The translations under genes were made by a program, and so were the position numbers. This document shows, in pieces, positions 63,046 to 64,000 of a stretch of DNA of 64,000 bases. The stretch's first letter is position 1. The number at the start of each line of letters is the position of its first letter. The stretch spans positions 1,056,001-1,120,000 of the forward strand of contig CBDEUS010000001.1 in assembly GCA_965243395.1 (NCBI GenBank), given 5' to 3'. The notes below the pieces were generated by a model that had not been told where the DNA came from, did not search any database, and was given only the letters and a program-made list of their open reading frames with translations. Source of the DNA: Gammaproteobacteria bacterium. Lineage in GTDB: Bacteria; Pseudomonadota; Gammaproteobacteria; UBA4575.

Positions 63046-63249
63046 TTACTCATATACCTTTGATTGCGAATTTAGCTGCGAGATCCAATCGTATATCTCT
63101 AATACCTGATCACGACTTAAATTCGTATCACTTGCAACGCTTTCAGTAGAATTCTGACGAGCTTTTAATGAACTCAGTTTTTTAACTGTTGGGAACTTAT
63201 GCAATCGAGAAGGCTTGCACAGCCTTTGAATACTTTTAAATGACAGCAT
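63046..63249 (-). CDS. Small hypothetical protein
   Basis: Strong AAGGAG RBS; 67 aa. Confidence 0.55.
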   Translation of the reverse strand: MLSFKSIQRLCKPSRLHKFPTVKKLSSLKARQNSTESVASDTNLSRDQVLEIYDWISQLNSQSKVYE

Positions 63250-63603
63250 GAATGCTCCTTTTCAATACGTTAGTTATATCCTATAACTTAGCCATACTTA
63301 TCCTGTATGACTGTAACTCATTGTATCGGCGTGCTATTCAATTACTTTAGGTTTAACCCTAAATGGTTGCTTATGCTAGATAATTGGTAGTAAGTCACGG
63401 ATTCTAGGTGCATTTTATATTAATTATTTAGATATTTTATAACCACAGCATCTGTTTCATTGATATTGCTTTACATTGCCTATCGGATACATTCAAAGCC
63501 CTCTTACACTGCACTACGATGTTCTTGGGTTCACCTTAAATCAAACAAGTTTGCTTATACCGTCTTACGCACCCTTGGACCTACTTTGAATCTAAAAACT
63601 TAC

Positions 63604-64000
63604 TCATACTGTTCGACGATGTCCGTCTGGCTTCCACGAGGGTGCAATTACATTCGGCATATCTGAACGATGCAAAAGATTAGCTGGTGCTAAAGTAAAC
63701 TCGCCATAACGCTGGTTAATTTTGTCCATTGCCTGATTAATACCGTCTCGTTTAAGATCCTTCTGAGTAAACAAAGAAAGCTGGTTACCTTTTTTTTTCG
63801 GATCAATTGCAGTAATTTGCACTTGAAAACATCCTTCTCCATGCCAGTAATTATTTAGCAAATCATTCGCGAGCTTTTTAATTTCACGACTATCGTCTGT
63901 AGGTTCAATAGTTTTCATCTTTAACGCTAACCATCCCTGTTTAGTGCGAAAACCAATAAAAAAACGTTGTCCTTCTAAATCATGTTTTCGCAAACGAGCT
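63604..64000 (-). CDS. dinB: DNA polymerase IV, C-terminal part (truncated by window edge)
   Basis: Little-finger-like region, QLSLF clamp-binding motif, MDKIN.RYG. Confidence 0.8.
   Translation of the reverse strand, partial: ARLRKHDLEGQRFFIGFRTKQGWLALKMKTIEPTDDSREIKKLANDLLNNYWHGEGCFQVQITAIDPKKKGNQLSLFTQKDLKRDGINQAMDKINQRYGEFTLAPANLLHRSDMPNVIAPSWKPDGHRRTV

Overview
AT-rich chromosomal window from what looks like a Gammaproteobacterium, probably a sulfur oxidizer (oxidative-type sat, CbbO/NorD-type VWA protein, small CbiX). It is mostly housekeeping genes: scattered molybdenum-cofactor genes (moeA, moaE, moaB, moaA; moeB, mobA, mobB), prc, gltA, fadBA, dsbB, mug, msrB, rhombosortase, ydbH/ydbL, an ECF sigma/DUF3379 pair, a PAS-GGDEF-EAL protein and the 3' end of dinB. 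I saw no tRNA, rRNA, CRISPR array, transposase or integrase. Most notable: (1) a ~65-bp dispersed double-hairpin repeat (3 copies, compensatory stem changes, mostly ANGGAN loops) and a ~28-30-bp palindrome family (4 copies), which together bracket accessory genes, most clearly a BLUF gene enclosed symmetrically like a cassette; (2) an envelope redox cluster of ApbE, an HzsA-like multiheme lipoprotein, a CX4CH lipoprotein and an SH3/beta-barrel protein; (3) a candidate anti-SD sRNA, an iota-carbonic-anhydrase-like protein, a serine O-succinyltransferase-type MetX paralog, a LitR-like MerR regulator with TGTACA repeats and an unannotated 32-aa membrane peptide. All calls come from reading motifs by eye; no searches were run.
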